A DNA stretch of 64,000 bases, taken from positions 1 to 64,000 of the forward strand of contig NIVC01001829.1 of assembly GCA_002269645.1 (NCBI GenBank), read 5' to 3'. Positions 11,263-24,187 of this stretch are shown here, piece after piece. This DNA comes from Macrostomum lignano (lineage: Eukaryota). Made by a program: the position numbers and the translations under genes. How positions within the stretch are numbered: position 1 is the first letter of the stretch; every line of letters begins with the position of its first letter. The notes below the pieces were generated by a model, which was not told the DNA's origin, did not search any database, and saw only the letters and a program-made list of their open reading frames with translations.

Positions 11263-13150
11263 ATGTTTTCCCTAATCGAGTTTTTGGACGATCTAACAGC
11301 TGTCATCCCAACTATCTGGTTGCATGGTGACCACACTGCTGCATTCCCCCCACCTTCTCAATATTCTCGGTTTCGCACAATTAGTCGAACTCAGACAGTT
11401 GCTGAAGATGATTGGCCGCGGTACAATGTCAAGGTCCTAGCGGCTCAAGGTATTTTTATGCAAATCTTTTTTTTGTTTAAATCTTTACATAAATATTTTT
11501 ATTTTAGTATCTTCTCTACTTCAGACTCTTACGACAGGCTGGAATATTTGTCACGCAAGTATGAGCAACGCGGGTCATTATCAGACAGTGAATCAGGAAA
11601 GCGAAGGAGAACAAAGACTTAGCGGTTTTTAGACGAGCCTTTACTGCCAGACCCAAAAAGGCAAAAGAAAACCAATGAGCAGAAGCAGAAGCAGTGTCTC
11701 GGCGCGAGCCTGTCAAGATTTTCACTTCCAGCCCAGCCAGCCAGACTCCTCTGAATACAATTCTTGAAGAACACATCAGGCGGTCCGATGCGCAGCGAGA
11801 CCGAGAGGGCGACATCAGGCGGTCGGATGCGCAGCGAGACCGAGAGGGCGACATCAGGCGGTCGGATGCGCAGCGAGACCGAGAGGGCGACATCAGGCGG
11901 TCGGATGCGCAGCGAGACCGAGAGGGCGACATCAGGCGGTCGGATGCGCAGCGAGACCGAGAGGGCGACATCAGGCGGTCGGATGCGCAGCGAGACCGAG
12001 AGGGCGACATCAGGCGGTCGGATGCGCAGCGAGACCGAGAAGGCGACAGCCTTCGGTCCGACCGATACGCAGCAAGACCGAGAGGGCGACATCAGGCGGT
12101 CGGATGCGCAGCAAGACCGAGAGGGCGACATCAGGTGGTCGGATGCGCAGCGAGACCGAGAGGGCGACATCAGGCGGTCGGATGCGCAGCGAGACCGAGA
12201 AGGCGACATCAGGCGGTCGGATGCGCAGCGAGATCGAGAAGGCGACAGCCTTCGGTCCCATACGCAGCGAGACCGAGCAGTCAACGGCAACAGACGGATC
12301 CAGCTTGACAATGAGCATTCGTGTCACTGTCCCTGTGTCCAAAGTATGCCATCGTTTTTACTTCAAGCTTTAACCTAAAGCTGAACACTTTATAAACACT
12401 TTTTTCTTTATACAGGGTGGTTTAATCTGCTGTTTATGCGACTTGATGATATGGAAAAGAAACAGACTGCCATCATGGAGCAGATGACCAAGATGACCAA
12501 GAAGAAGGCTCCGTTGCTGCCAAATTTGACGCCATTATTGCCCATCAAAACGAAGGACAAAATTCTTCAATTTGCAGTGCTTCTGCAAGAAAATGAAGGC
12601 GTCCAAGCTGAATTGGTAAATTTGTAATAAATGTTCTAAGTATTTGACATTACTCAATTTTGCTGGTATCTCATTACTTTTTACGCAAGTACAAAGTACT
12701 CATTACTTTTTAACACCTGTTGTAGGACGTTCTTGCCAAGCAATGCCGTTGTTCTGACGCTAGACGAACGGTGAGGGATTTCTTCGAAAAACTCGCTCCA
12801 CTCTCGGTTTGGTCCGCTTTTTCCGTTACGAGGAGAAAATGAAAGACAGCTGTGCCTAAATTAGTGACCAAAGCCATATGCGGTACGTTGTTTCACTTCC
12901 AAATGGCTTATAAGCAGCATTCTTCAAAAAGTTAAATTCTAAGTTCGCCCAATTTTTCGTTCTCAGACAGTCTAGCCGCCAGCAAGCTATTGTCCTCGCA
13001 GACTGGAAAGCAGAAATTGTCCGGATTCGTCGGCGACATCGTTAAACATTTCGGAGGAAATGACAAGTCCAAGGATAATGACAACGGGCAACTTCCATCA
13101 GTTCCATCACTTCCATCTCCAGCAACCGAGCTGCCTGATGATTTTAAGGA
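11263..13150 (+). pseudogene. CACTA second (accessory, DUF4806-like) gene, multi-exon and frameshifted
   Basis: Starts MFSLIEF...VIPTIW...FPP...W..Y.VKVL. GT-AG introns lie near 11450-11524, 12378-12415 and 12617-12725. The later exons include LLPIKT..., and stops and frameshifts are present. The domain name is inferred from resemblance only. Confidence 0.55.
11773..12277 (+). repeat. 39-bp minisatellite, ~13 copies (IRRSDAQRDREGD in one frame)
   Basis: Unit acatcaggcggtcggatgcgcagcgagaccgagagggcg; a 4-nt insertion near 12057-12064 shifts the frame. Confidence 0.97.
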
Positions 13151-13560
13151 GGGCGAGTTCAGCGATTAATATTGTCTTGCATTTTAGTTTCGTCGACTTT
13201 TTACAAACTAATCATTTAGTCTTAAAATGTCAACGTCGTTCCGATTGCTGCCTACCATTTAATCCCAATGCTGTTCTGTTTTATCGCGTTCTTTGTTGTC
13301 ATTTCATTTTCTGATTGCTGCCGGCCATTTAATCCCAATTTAATATTGCTTTAGTCAGTGTAAGATGGGAACATTAACTGGATTAGTTTAATTGGTTGGT
13401 AACAATAGATCTAGCTCTTGCATAAGGCCTAGCTCGAATGCAATGTATGCTTTTGGAAAGAAATGAACTGTTGTTTTTACTTCGACTTATTTATTTCTAC
13501 AAGGCAACATGATTTATGCTGGCAAAAAAGGAACTGATATATATCTATGAGCAGAAACTT

Positions 13561-13731
13561 CAACGTCATCGAGCGTCTCAATAGAACGTCTAATAACGTC
13601 AAAATCAGACGTTGTGTAAACGTCCATTTTAGTGTACTGTTACCATCCCACAGAGACGTTCCTGGACGTCTTGTTTAGACCATTCAGGACGTTTGGGCGG
13701 ACGTCCGCGGGACGTTAAATTGTTATTCGGG
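13561..13731 (+). repeat. CACTA right subterminal repeats and terminus
   Basis: About ten ACGTC/GACGT motifs in both orientations, ending in ttattcggg. Confidence 0.7.
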
Positions 13732-16700
13732 CGTGATTTCATGGAAAAATCACGCGTTTTCACATTAGAGAATCAGAAATTTGTCAACTATGTTACTTTA
13801 AGTAGCATAGATAAGCGACAGCAAGTGATCGCATATTTCCTAAATTAAGTATAATGAATATCTTTCTTAAACTGTTAAACTTCAAATAGAAATGCATCTC
13901 TTACTATACCAAAAATATTTTGCAGCCAATCGTTTCTCTCGCCGCTCAATTAACATTGAATAAAAAAATGAGGATATAAAAATCAAGTGAACTCATTTGA
14001 AGCCACATTGAATCAAGAACTGTGTGCTTTCGAGAGAAGACACTATAGAAGGAATGCGACTAAAATTTAGTCACAAGTAATTGTTTAACTACAATTTATG
14101 ATTTTAAAAGTACGAAAAAATCATTTTTTGTGATAACGCGATGCAATCTGCATCCACATAAACTTCTGACGCAGCTTACTTCCATCTTTGTTAAAGTAGT
14201 TATAAAGCAAAGCGGTGTAATTAAAACGCGGAAGGTTTTTTAAATGTTTAGCGCCTGGACTCTTGTTGAACGTGCATTGCATGGGCTATAGTTGAAAAGA
14301 CAGGAGACGAATAAAATAGTCAGTCATCGTGGTGCCACCCAATGATGTAGGCACCAATAGTCTATCACGTAGCCTATCAATATATATCGATTGCCTATCA
14401 CCTTACTAACTGCGCTCTATATACTACTACTGCCACAGAATTTTGATTTTTTTATTAACCAGATTATTTCTGCAGAAGAACCCCATAGATCAAAAGTTAT
14501 ATATTCTTGGTTCTTGGTATATTTCCGTCACCTTTTGTATGCCAGTATGCTATTAAATTTACTTTTAATTGGGCTTATAGCTAGATATTATAAATGCAAT
14601 CAGTTTGTGTTAATTGTGTACATTAGCTAAGTACATTAGCTATATAAAATGCAAAGGATTTGCTACTTAACTCCTAACTCTCAAATGAAAATTTACAAAA
14701 ACAAGACAGAGGACAATTATTAAGATTTCTTATTTGTTTTATTATTACAATAATGCATTCTTTTTATTTATATACTTGGCACTTAATTTATTATTAATAT
14801 TACCTTAATTACCAAAAAACGGTATACTATATTGAATTCCTAAAGAACTCCCTTTTGCTCTACACTTGTTCCTTTGTCTTATCCTACCTTTTATGTTTTT
14901 AATACTGTTTAAATTCCATACTCCAAAAACTCAAATTATAGCTATTTTGGATTCTACCTGACTTAATAGACTATATAGTAGCCATAGTCAAGTCAACAAG
15001 GTGTCTTTGGCCCAGAAAAATTCTGGCATGAAAATGAGTGAAGAAAAATTTTGGCATATAATTTCCATCGGTACACATAGGAAAAATATGTATGAAAAAT
15101 TTGAGCATTTTGGTTTATTCTATTAGGTATTAGGTCATAATGTTCAAAATGTTCACGTGCACTTTGGCATGAGCATTTTTTGTATAGACATAAAGAATTA
15201 ACACAAGCTTACTAATGCTGATGCCCAAAGTCAAGTCATTAGCAAACTGGCAGCAAAGTATTTAGTGAGTTCTAAAGAAGTTATTCACTGCTAAGCTTGG
15301 ACACTAGCAGGAGGCAAAGGAAAATTGTTTTTTTATTGTAGTTATACAATATAGCTATATTTTTCTATATACTAATAGAGCCACAAACCCTTTGCTTGTT
15401 TCTTAATACTCTGTAGTATAATAAAAAATCCCCTCAATAAAAATGTAACCTTTTTACCTATCTCTTTTCATACATTAGTATTATGACAAGCAGGTCTGTA
15501 CATTTACTGAAACATATGGAATAGACTAAAATGGACCAAAACAGGCCTAAGGGCTTGTAGTGTGATTGACACCCATGAGGGGCAAGTCCCAAGGCACAGA
15601 GAATATATAGTGCCTGACAATGAGAAAGTCAGAGCAGATGTATACCTCTGTGTGACCGTTGCCTATGTACATATCCATGTGCCTGTGTATGCTCAGAAGC
15701 CAGCAAAATGGGCAGAATTGCCTCCCCACTGGTTACAGGTTTATAAAGGCATTGCACCAGGGTGCCCATAGCCCTTAGAGCAGTTAGAAGGTTCTAGTGC
15801 AATTAGTGAACACCGCAAAGTGCACCCAAGTACTACTAGTCCGGTAGTCGATCATACGACTTTTGAAGCAAGATTTTGCAAGCTAGAAAAAATGGTAGCC
15901 GACCAATTCAACAAACAAGACCGCACGATTCGAGCGATTTATTCAAAAATTACAGCAGTACAACGATGAAGTCATACTTTGAACTGTATTTTCCGTGTTA
16001 TTAGACACAAAGCGAATATATAAAATCAGGAAAGAATCACTTCAAATACAATAATTAAAATTTCAAAAAGCAACCCTCAATGGCTCCAATAACACACTAA
16101 GGCAAGCGGCGTCCCTTAATCATTGTCTGAGTTGCATTTCCCTTTTACCATTCTAATAAACTCAAAGCAAACCTTAACACAAACTTTACTTAAAGTAATC
16201 ACAATTAAATTATCTGGATAGAGCCAGAGATTCTGCCATTCTTTTCGTGTTAGTTGTTTTTATTATCTTAGTTCGCGCTGTTAAACTGCAAGTCCCCGAC
16301 GAGACGTAAGTGTCACGTTATTGGCGTAGTGGCTAGGACCCTTAAAAAATGGCCGTTTGACGAGAATTGTCGTAAGTCGTTGTAGTCCCAAAATGAATCG
16401 AAGTCAATTCTTGCAAAACGGATTGTGTAGCGGAGCACTTGGCGTATAAGGGCAGGAAAATGCCGTAGTTAATTTATTGTTGAGATCAATATTAGAACTG
16501 GTTAATGTCAATACAAAACTTATTGCGCTTTGGGACACTGGCGGCTGCAACAATGGTTTTGAAGGTAATTTAGAATGATGAAGTCGAGTAGTAGACGAAT
16601 GATACAATGGTGACGCAACGTGGTGGGTGATGGCGATGAGCACAGTGGAAGCAGTGAGTAGCAAGTAGACGGGCAGATAAGTAGCGGCGAGAATGGCGTT

Positions 16701-17737
16701 AGCCGTGGCAGTACACAGTGTGTAACGGTGTGTAAACAGGCGGGCCCAGACAGAGGAGCCGTGGCGAGAGATAAGGAGGCTCGAGGCAGCCAGGCGAGAG
16801 AAGGAAAACGAGACGAAAACACAAGGGCCGCAAGGGAGAGAGAGCCAAGGAGAGAAAAACGTGAAGACCCCCCAGCCCGCCGCCAGGCGGGGGTTATTAA
16901 AGAGCGCAGAGGGCTAGCATAATACACGCGGAGGACTTTCATTGGCTGGCGAGAGAACTTGAAATTATCGATCGTGCTAGAATTTACAGACGAACGCAAG
17001 GCCTACCAAATACACAGTGAATTGGCAATTGATACAGATTAGTTGCATGCTACTACAAGTAAACGTTAAAATAAACTATTGGAGAAATTTAAGTGAGAAA
17101 TTGCAAGGGAAACTACAGTCCAACGGCCCTTTTGCGGGACCACTTATACTAGCAACGTCACATAAGTTTTAACCAATATTTTTTTGTTGTATTTACCAGT
17201 TTTTTTTTCGTTTGTGTATTTTAGCTTTATAATCTTCCGTTATTCAAATAATGGCAGCAAAAATGTTTGAGCTTTGTGTTAGCGTTTTTTTGTCGTTTAA
17301 TTGCTCCGTTTTTTCTTGCAAAATATACTGCACTATGTTGCAAGGTTATATAATACAGTTTTTCGAACTGTTGTATGATTTTTTACTAAAGCATTTACCC
17401 CAGCATCTTACCTCCCACAAGATAACTGGCTCCATTTTCCGAAGCTATCGATACCAGCTTTTTGCACCTTCATTATTTCAAGCCACCTTAGCTCGGTTCG
17501 CAAAACCTGTTGTATAGTAGTAACTTACTTGTCATTCTCCAATTTATTGTAATATTTTTAACTGGAAACACTCCGTCAATTGGTATTTGGTATCCGATCA
17601 AGACTCAATTGATATTGTCCCGAGTCATGATGCCCTCTCTGTAAAGACTCCTGTCAGTACCCTTTCGCAAGCGTCGCAATTAAGCCTGAGTCAGCGAATT
17701 CTGACGCCGCCATTGGCTACTGTACGGTTGCCAAACG

Positions 17738-18590
17738 ATGCCACATGCATCGCTGTTCAAAGGGCACTCATCTCAGAACGCAGACTGGAGTGAAGATTTT
17801 ATTACATACTTGACTCCTAAGCGAGATGTTGCCGCTCTTTGCTATTATTGGCAGTTACGGTCTGGAACATCCGACAAAAAGTTAAATCAGCTGTTACGAA
17901 TGGAATCTGCGTTAGGAAAGCATGGTCATGAAATACCAAAAAGCGCCAAGTCTATACAGACGACCTGCATGTCTATTGCACCAGATCTGGCGTCAGCTGC
18001 CATTGTTGAATACTTGGAGTCTTTTTCTATTCTTCAATCAAACATCGAAAACCAACTCGAACTGACGCTCACGAGGTATACATCCGAAATTCGCAGATAT
18101 GCGGAGCTGTTAAAGCGGCAAAGAAGGACTGATATTTTAAACTCTGATTTTTTTTAAACATATCTTGGTTATGCGACGATTCGTGCATGGATTTATATTT
18201 CATTATGTCCTGCGATGGTGCTGCTTTTGTAAAGACCTCAGATTTGAGTATATGGCCTCTGCAAGCAGTCTGTCTAAATCTGCCGCCAATACTACGTCAA
18301 AAAACGCTTAACATCCTTATCCTCGGTCTTATCTACAGCAAAGGCAAACCTGTAATCGAAGCCGGAACTGCAGCAATCATCAGTGGTTTGCCTAAGACAT
18401 TTAACTTTCGACAATGCGTCATTATTCGGCACTTTATTTTTTTGTTGCCGACCTACCAGTGATGGCTTCAGTTCTCAACATCAAGCAATTTAATGGTCGA
18501 TTTGCCTGTCTAAAGTGCGTGCAGCCAGGTCGACGAGCCAACGATGGAAAGGTTTGGATTTTTCCAGTGCAACATCAAAATAATGAGCAG
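17738..18590 (+). pseudogene. Second, divergent CACTA/EnSpm transposase fragment
   Basis: SCDGAAFVKTSDLSIWPLQAVCLNLPPILR...ILGLIYSKGKP and VADLPVMASVLNIKQFNGRFACLKC, spread over shifted frames. Confidence 0.8.
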
Positions 18591-19414
18591 TTAGTGCCAG
18601 ATTTTCTATTCTTTTTATTCTTGCGAAGTTTCACGCGCTCGCCGCATGAAACTCACGTGACTTTTGGGGATCCGCTCGGCTATAAATACGGAGCATCTGC
18701 GAGCCATTTTCTCCAGTTCGCGTCGTCCTGCCTGGGCTCGACTGGAGCTGCCTCTGCCTCCGAGCTCTCCTCTCTCATTTCAGGTTTTACAGGTTTTCAG
18801 GTTCGAGCAGCATTCTACTAAGACGATCGACTGTCGAGACATTTTTCAGATTTGCCTTTGCTCCGAGCGACTTCGTTATTTTATTTCAGGTGACGTATAG
18901 ACAACTCTGCCGACGCGTCGAGTCCGCGCACCAAGGTGGCAGCAACCCTACCAAGTCAGGACTAACGTTTTAAGTCCATTTTCAGGCAAATCGATAGTTA
19001 GTACAACGGTGCTATCAGATAGCTACTTCAGGAGCAGCGGGTTGGTTCAATTTCCAGGAACATCTTAAAGAACCCGAGAAAGATTAGTACTTCATGTTGT
19101 TTAAAGAAAAACGGATTTGCAGATCTCAATCTTAAAATTATTTTATTTATCAAGTTCATGGTAGCTGTAGGGCCTAGGCTGGTAGCTACTAGCTAGGCAT
19201 TATAATTATAAATAGCTTAATTCTATATTTTAAATTTATATATTTTATGTTTCTAAGTTTGAATTCTTAATTACAAAATAATGGATCTATGCATTTTGAA
19301 TATTTGCTTTCTTGATAACATGAGGTTATTTACAAATTATATTATACTTTTATAATATTTTTTAATATTAATATTGTAATATTAGTCTAGTGCAAATAAT
19401 ACAGTTTTTCCATT

Positions 19415-19620
19415 GACTATTATATTGTCTTTATTGTGTGCAAGAAAAAGGGGGTTCTATGGAAAAGAAAGAGGTGATTCTATTGTAGAGAAAGGGTTCT
19501 ATGAGAAGTAGAAAAGGTTCTGTAAGAAAAAAGGAAATTCTATAGAGAAAATAGGCTTTTATAAAAAAGAAAACAATAGGGAAAAAAAATTCTGTAAAAA
19601 ATGGATATGCTATAAAAGAG
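19415..19620. repeat. Degenerate (A/G)GGTTCTAT/ATTCTAT repeat cluster, possibly decayed transposon subterminal repeats
   Basis: ggttctat, attctatt, ggttctat, ggttctgt and attctata separated by A-rich spacers. Confidence 0.35.
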
Positions 19621-21273
19621 TTTAGAGTCTCTAAATAATTACAATGATTTGAATTTAGTAGAATTCTATTCTACGGGCATGGGTTTCAGTTTTGTGGTTT
19701 TAATTCAATGGGAATCAATATTACAATAGCTTATGCTTTATGAAGTAGTTGAACTTTTAGTAAAAAAGTAGAATTTATAGATCAATTGTTTTATCATTTA
19801 TAGATTTTTTAAAAAGCACAGTTATACTTTTTATCATATAAAATAAAATAAAATTCTTTTTGTGACAGTGTGATTCGTAGAAGCGTGTTTCGTATTTCTT
19901 TATTTTCATATGCATACCGTACTACTTCTGTATTCTTTCATTTATTTTAACAATATTCGTACGTATTATTATCGCGCTATTTTTACTGTTAATTGCTTTG
20001 TTTTTGTAGCCTCGTATGTATTTATTCTATTATTTGTATTTCATTCATATCGTTATTATTTCTCGTAAAGTAGTTCTACCTATGTACTTGTACTGACGTA
20101 TGTTATTCTTGCATGATATATTTATCGATTAATTTGTACATGTACATTGCGCGCCGCGTGGGGGGTTGTTTGTCTGGGTTTTGGATTAAGGGTGTTGTTG
20201 TTATCTGTTTACCTTTAAATATATGCTTACACTACAGTCAGCAGCCGCTCTCGCCCTTCCCCTTGCTTCGCTTCTCGACCTAGGCTTGCTAACCCTTAGC
20301 TGTGAAGCTGTCTGGCCTCCTTACACCAACTCTTCCGCCGTCTACCTTGGCACACCAATTAGTTAATTAACTAATCCAGCAATTTTAAGTAGCACTTAGC
20401 AAAAGTCTAAGGGTTGAAGCGGCTTGCCTATCTGCTAACTAATCGTGAACTATCTAAATTAACCGCTACACAAATCCGTCTTATTCGCCTTATTCGTCAC
20501 ATTTTCATCTTGCAGATGCAACCTGCTTCTAAAGCGTGCCATTTTATCTAGACATTTTAACTTGTGTACCTGTAGTTTTTTGCTACAAAAGTGCAATGTG
20601 CTACTTATATGTATAATTTTAAGCGCTATCATGGTAACTTCATGAATGAAGTTTAATTTGTACTGCCATTACTGTACAGTGTACATCTTGTTTTTTCACA
20701 GCAATTTTTTTTACCTAAAGGCTTTCTGTAATACTGAGAATATTTTTTCCTGTTTTACTGCTCATTTGCGTCTGTAACAGTAAGTTACCTATTTATTTTA
20801 TATTAACTTTATAATTTTTATATTACTGGGAGTAGAAACAGTTGCTTAAACTGCTTGAAATTTAAACCAGAAATTATAATGCAATACTGGACTGCGATTT
20901 CATCCTTTCTTTGTATACATATTAATTAAGTAAATGTTAAGTTTTTTTGGTTTGTTTTGAATTATGGAAAATTAATTGTGCTTTGCTGATAACATAAGCT
21001 GCGATTACTATGAAGCCTTTTTGACTTTGACTTTTCAATCTTAACTATATATTCTACATTTAACCCAATAATCATTTAAATTACAATTTAATTAAAAAAA
21101 ACAAGAAATTTGCGGTACTTTCTTTCACTGTTTATTTTATTGGCAACAGAGTTGAATTGATGAGTATTTTAGTCATAGATAGCTTAAGTTTGCATCTTGC
21201 ATCAAGGCACATCAGATCAGATCTTTTGCTCTTTTGCGAACCGAACCGTATGAATTTATTGAACTGGATTAGA

Positions 21274-21480
21274 CACTAACCATTAAAAAATACATGTATA
21301 TATCTTACGAATTCATATAAGATCTGGTAGCTATATCTTTCAAGATCTGCTAGCCGTCTTACAAGATCTGTTGCTATCTTACAAGATCTGACAAAATCTG
21401 GCAAGAAACTCTAAATCAATACTTATACGATCTTAAATGATCTTAAAATATAGGTAAGACAGATACTGTAAGATTTAGTA
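21274..21480. repeat. AAGATCT subterminal-type repeat cluster preceded by CACTA
   Basis: cactaaccattaaaaaa at 21274, followed by repeated (c/t)aagatctg / gatctt motifs; no partner end was found. Confidence 0.4.
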
Positions 21481-22129
21481 AGTCAAGTCTCTAGAGCGTT
21501 ATGGACAAACATACAAATATTAGAGATTTAGTATATTTAGATTGTCAACTAGAGTAAACACACAAAGAACATAAAAGTTCGCCCTAAAATTACCGTTTTA
21601 TTCAATCCATTTTTTTCAAAAAAACACAGTACGCCCTACTCTGCGCCCTGTTGCCCAAGGGCGCTCGCATTTGCTAGCATATAGTTTTTTAGATTAGTTT
21701 TTTCCAAAATAGTTGTTTGCCCTTAATACTTTTGATGAAAAGCTGAAAAGGGCAGACCGCTGTATTTGCACAGCTATACAAGAGATGGAGTGCTAAGACA
21801 GTTATTTTTTAAGCTTTTAGCTAGCTGCTTACAGTAGCCAAAAAGCATGAACGCTTTAAAGAGATAAAACTTGATTAAAATAGTTTTGTTCCTTTAATGG
21901 TGCGTACTTAATCTGCACTGGAATTTTAATTTTTTACATTAGCTTACAGATCAGAAACTGTAGATAAGCATGAAATACGTTTAAGTGGGAAAGATTCGCT
22001 TTATCCCATGGTTTCTTTCTTGCCCTCTTTTTGTATAGGCTAAAGGGAGAAAGAAGAAAGGCCTAAGCTAGATCGAACTGCAAGTGTGATATAGCGGAAG
22101 GATAGGCCCGAATAAAATCAAAGTTTTTA

Positions 22130-22380
22130 AAGTCAACAGAGAAGGGAGAGAAGAGAGAGGAGAGGAGAGAAGGGAGGTAAGATAAGGGGAGAAGAAAAGC
22201 GGAAGGAGAGAAGGGAGAATAGAGAAGGAAGATGAAATAAGGGGAGAAGAAAAGTGGAAGTAGAGAAGGGAGAGAATAGAAGAGAGAAGGGAGGAGAGAG
22301 AAGGGAAAGGAAAAGGGGGAGAAGAGAAGAGAGTGAAGAAAAGATATAGGAGATTAGAGAGAAGACAGCTGAGAAGAGGC
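22130..22380. repeat. Purine-rich (GA) low-complexity tract
   Basis: Almost only A/G on the + strand. Confidence 0.85.
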
Positions 22381-22444
22381 ACAAACCCTGCGCAGGCCGG
22401 ATTGCATTTGTGAAGTTTTAGAGGACCCAGGGCCGGATAGAGGC

Positions 22445-22491
22445 TTGGCGGGCCGCATGTGGCCCGCGGACTGGAGTTTGGAGATTCCCTG
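22445..22491. mobile_element. hAT (Charlie/Buster-like) terminal sequence, orphan
   Basis: ggcgggccgcatgtggcccgcggactggagtttggagattccctg; the reverse complement CAGGGAATCTCCAAACT...CCGCGGGCCACATGCGGCCCGCC resembles Charlie/Buster ends. Confidence 0.6.
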
Positions 22492-22919
22492 TCCCTGAGA
22501 TATAGTATACATGAATTGTATACAGTTGGGTTCACGGAAAGACACGATTTTTCCATGGAATCGTTCTGGAATTCTATAGAATGGGATTTGTTCCTATTGG
22601 TTCAAGCGCGTTCAATTGGGAGAGCACATACAGCTTCCCCCACCAAACCGCAACAGAGAGAATGACACGGTGCGGGGACAGTTGACAGTCAAAAGGCTTG
22701 TACATGCATATATTGCCAAGCTGTATCAGTAGCCTCAGCTATGGGATTCTACACATCGTTAGAGTGTGCCAGTCGGTATCACCCGCAGAAAAAATCGTGT
22801 CTCTAGATTAATCCGCTTTCCAGATATTCGAAGGCGGCGATTACGGAAAATTCTAATGCATTTTAATGGGCCAATCCAGGAAAATCAACCAGGAATTGCC
22901 AAGCTGTATCAGTAGCCTG

Positions 22920-23909
22920 AAACCTAAAACTGTAAATGACGTTAGTAGGACTATTGTGGTTTCACAGTCTGCTGTTCGACTCTATCTTATTTCTAAAAGA
23001 AGTACCATACCTCAAAGGGAAAACGAAACCAAGTGGGATTTTAAACATTCGATTTAAATTGACACCCTTATTAAGAAATCTGAGGGACGAATCTCAGTTG
23101 GTGACATCTGTCTAAAAGCAAAGTCAGAATTCGGTCTCAAAATTAGCTTTAGCACCGTTAAGAGAATAAGACGAAAGTTAGGGTGGATTAGAACAACAAC
23201 TCAATACTGCCAATGCCAAGTGATTAAAAGAAAAAATTTGCCTGTTCGGTGCCTCTGAAGCTTGACGAAATTAGCACTTAACGACTCATTTGAGAATGTG
23301 ATATTTACTGACGAATGCACAGTCTCGCCGAACGCACCGCACTGTTTTTCGGATAATGCATGCTACTCGTCCTAAAATGCAGATGCCTAAGCATTCATTG
23401 AAGGTGAAAACCCTATAGGCAATATTATAAACAAGGCTTAAGAGACGAGGCAATGCTTGGAATCATAATTTTTTCGCTAATATACATAACATGCATACTT
23501 TAGGTTCATGTGTGGGCTGAAATTGGCCGCAGAGGTGCCACTCAAATTGTAATCTTCAAAGGGATCATAAAAGCCGAGTTCTTGTCAACAAAATTCTCAC
23601 CAGAGCTCTGTTGCCAGCAATTCAGAACATGCTTCCGAATGGCCACCGACTGTTTGCAGTAAGTGTCCGCTAGATGCGTGTACGAGCGTACACGTGTACT
23701 AGTCTCGTAGTTCCTGGTCCTAGCTGTGTAAATTTTTATTCTAAAACTGATTGCCATGAAATATTATTATTGATTTGACTTGCTTTTCGCCTTAATAAGG
23801 ACAATGATCCTAAGCATACCAGCCGGCTTGCTCGGAAATTCATTGAGGAGAAAAAATCAACTGGAGTCAAACGCCTGCTGAGTCTCCAGATTTGATGTCC
23901 CTAATAGAG
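22920..23909 (+). pseudogene. Tc1-like (DDE, ~D34E) transposase pseudogene with spliceosomal introns
   Basis: RRKLGWIRTTTQYCQ, FENVIFTDEC, PKHSLK|VHVWA (intron 23404-23503), GHRLFA|DNDPKHTSR (intron 23659-23799), NWSQTPAESPDL..IE, then a donor at 23910; stops and frameshifts present. Confidence 0.85.
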
Positions 23910-24102
23910 GTGAGTGAGTAGCTAATCCTATCGTGAATGAGCCCAACAGAACTATTATTGTGCATTTAGTAACAGTCCATATTTGCAACTGTGAAGCAAA
24001 CACAAAACCTATTCATGCTTCAAAATAGAAGTTGGGGAGTCTATTGGTCTTTGTTCCTCTTTGGTTTCTCTTAGCTTAAGAAAAACATAACTTCTCGAAG
24101 CC

Positions 24103-24187
24103 TTTTTGTTCGCTTGCCAGTTTTCAACTGACATACGAAAGCGGCTTGCGAGTGGTAGCTAGTTGAAAAGTAGCAAGCGAGCAAAAA
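24103..24187. repeat. Inverted repeat, 27-bp arms with 3 mismatches, 31-nt spacer
   Basis: tttttgttcgcttgccagttttcaact (24103-24129) versus agttgaaaagtagcaagcgagcaaaaa (24161-24187). Confidence 0.8.

Larger units (their letters stand above)
9532..13731 (+). mobile_element. CACTA/EnSpm-type DNA transposon, 5'-truncated
   Basis: Transposase ORF, then an intron-containing second gene, then GACGT subterminal repeats and the terminus ...tgttattcggg at 13731. No left end is visible; the ORF abuts a GA tract. Confidence 0.78.

Noticed and set aside
16500-16560. IALWDTGG as a retroviral-type aspartic protease motif
   Set aside because: A single short motif in a stop-interrupted frame; no gag, RT, integrase or LTR pair nearby
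22523-22805. TA-CAGTTGGG... as the left TIR of the Tc1-like element
   Set aside because: Only a ~14-bp inverted match near 22790 and no right TIR beyond the transposase, so element boundaries are not supportable
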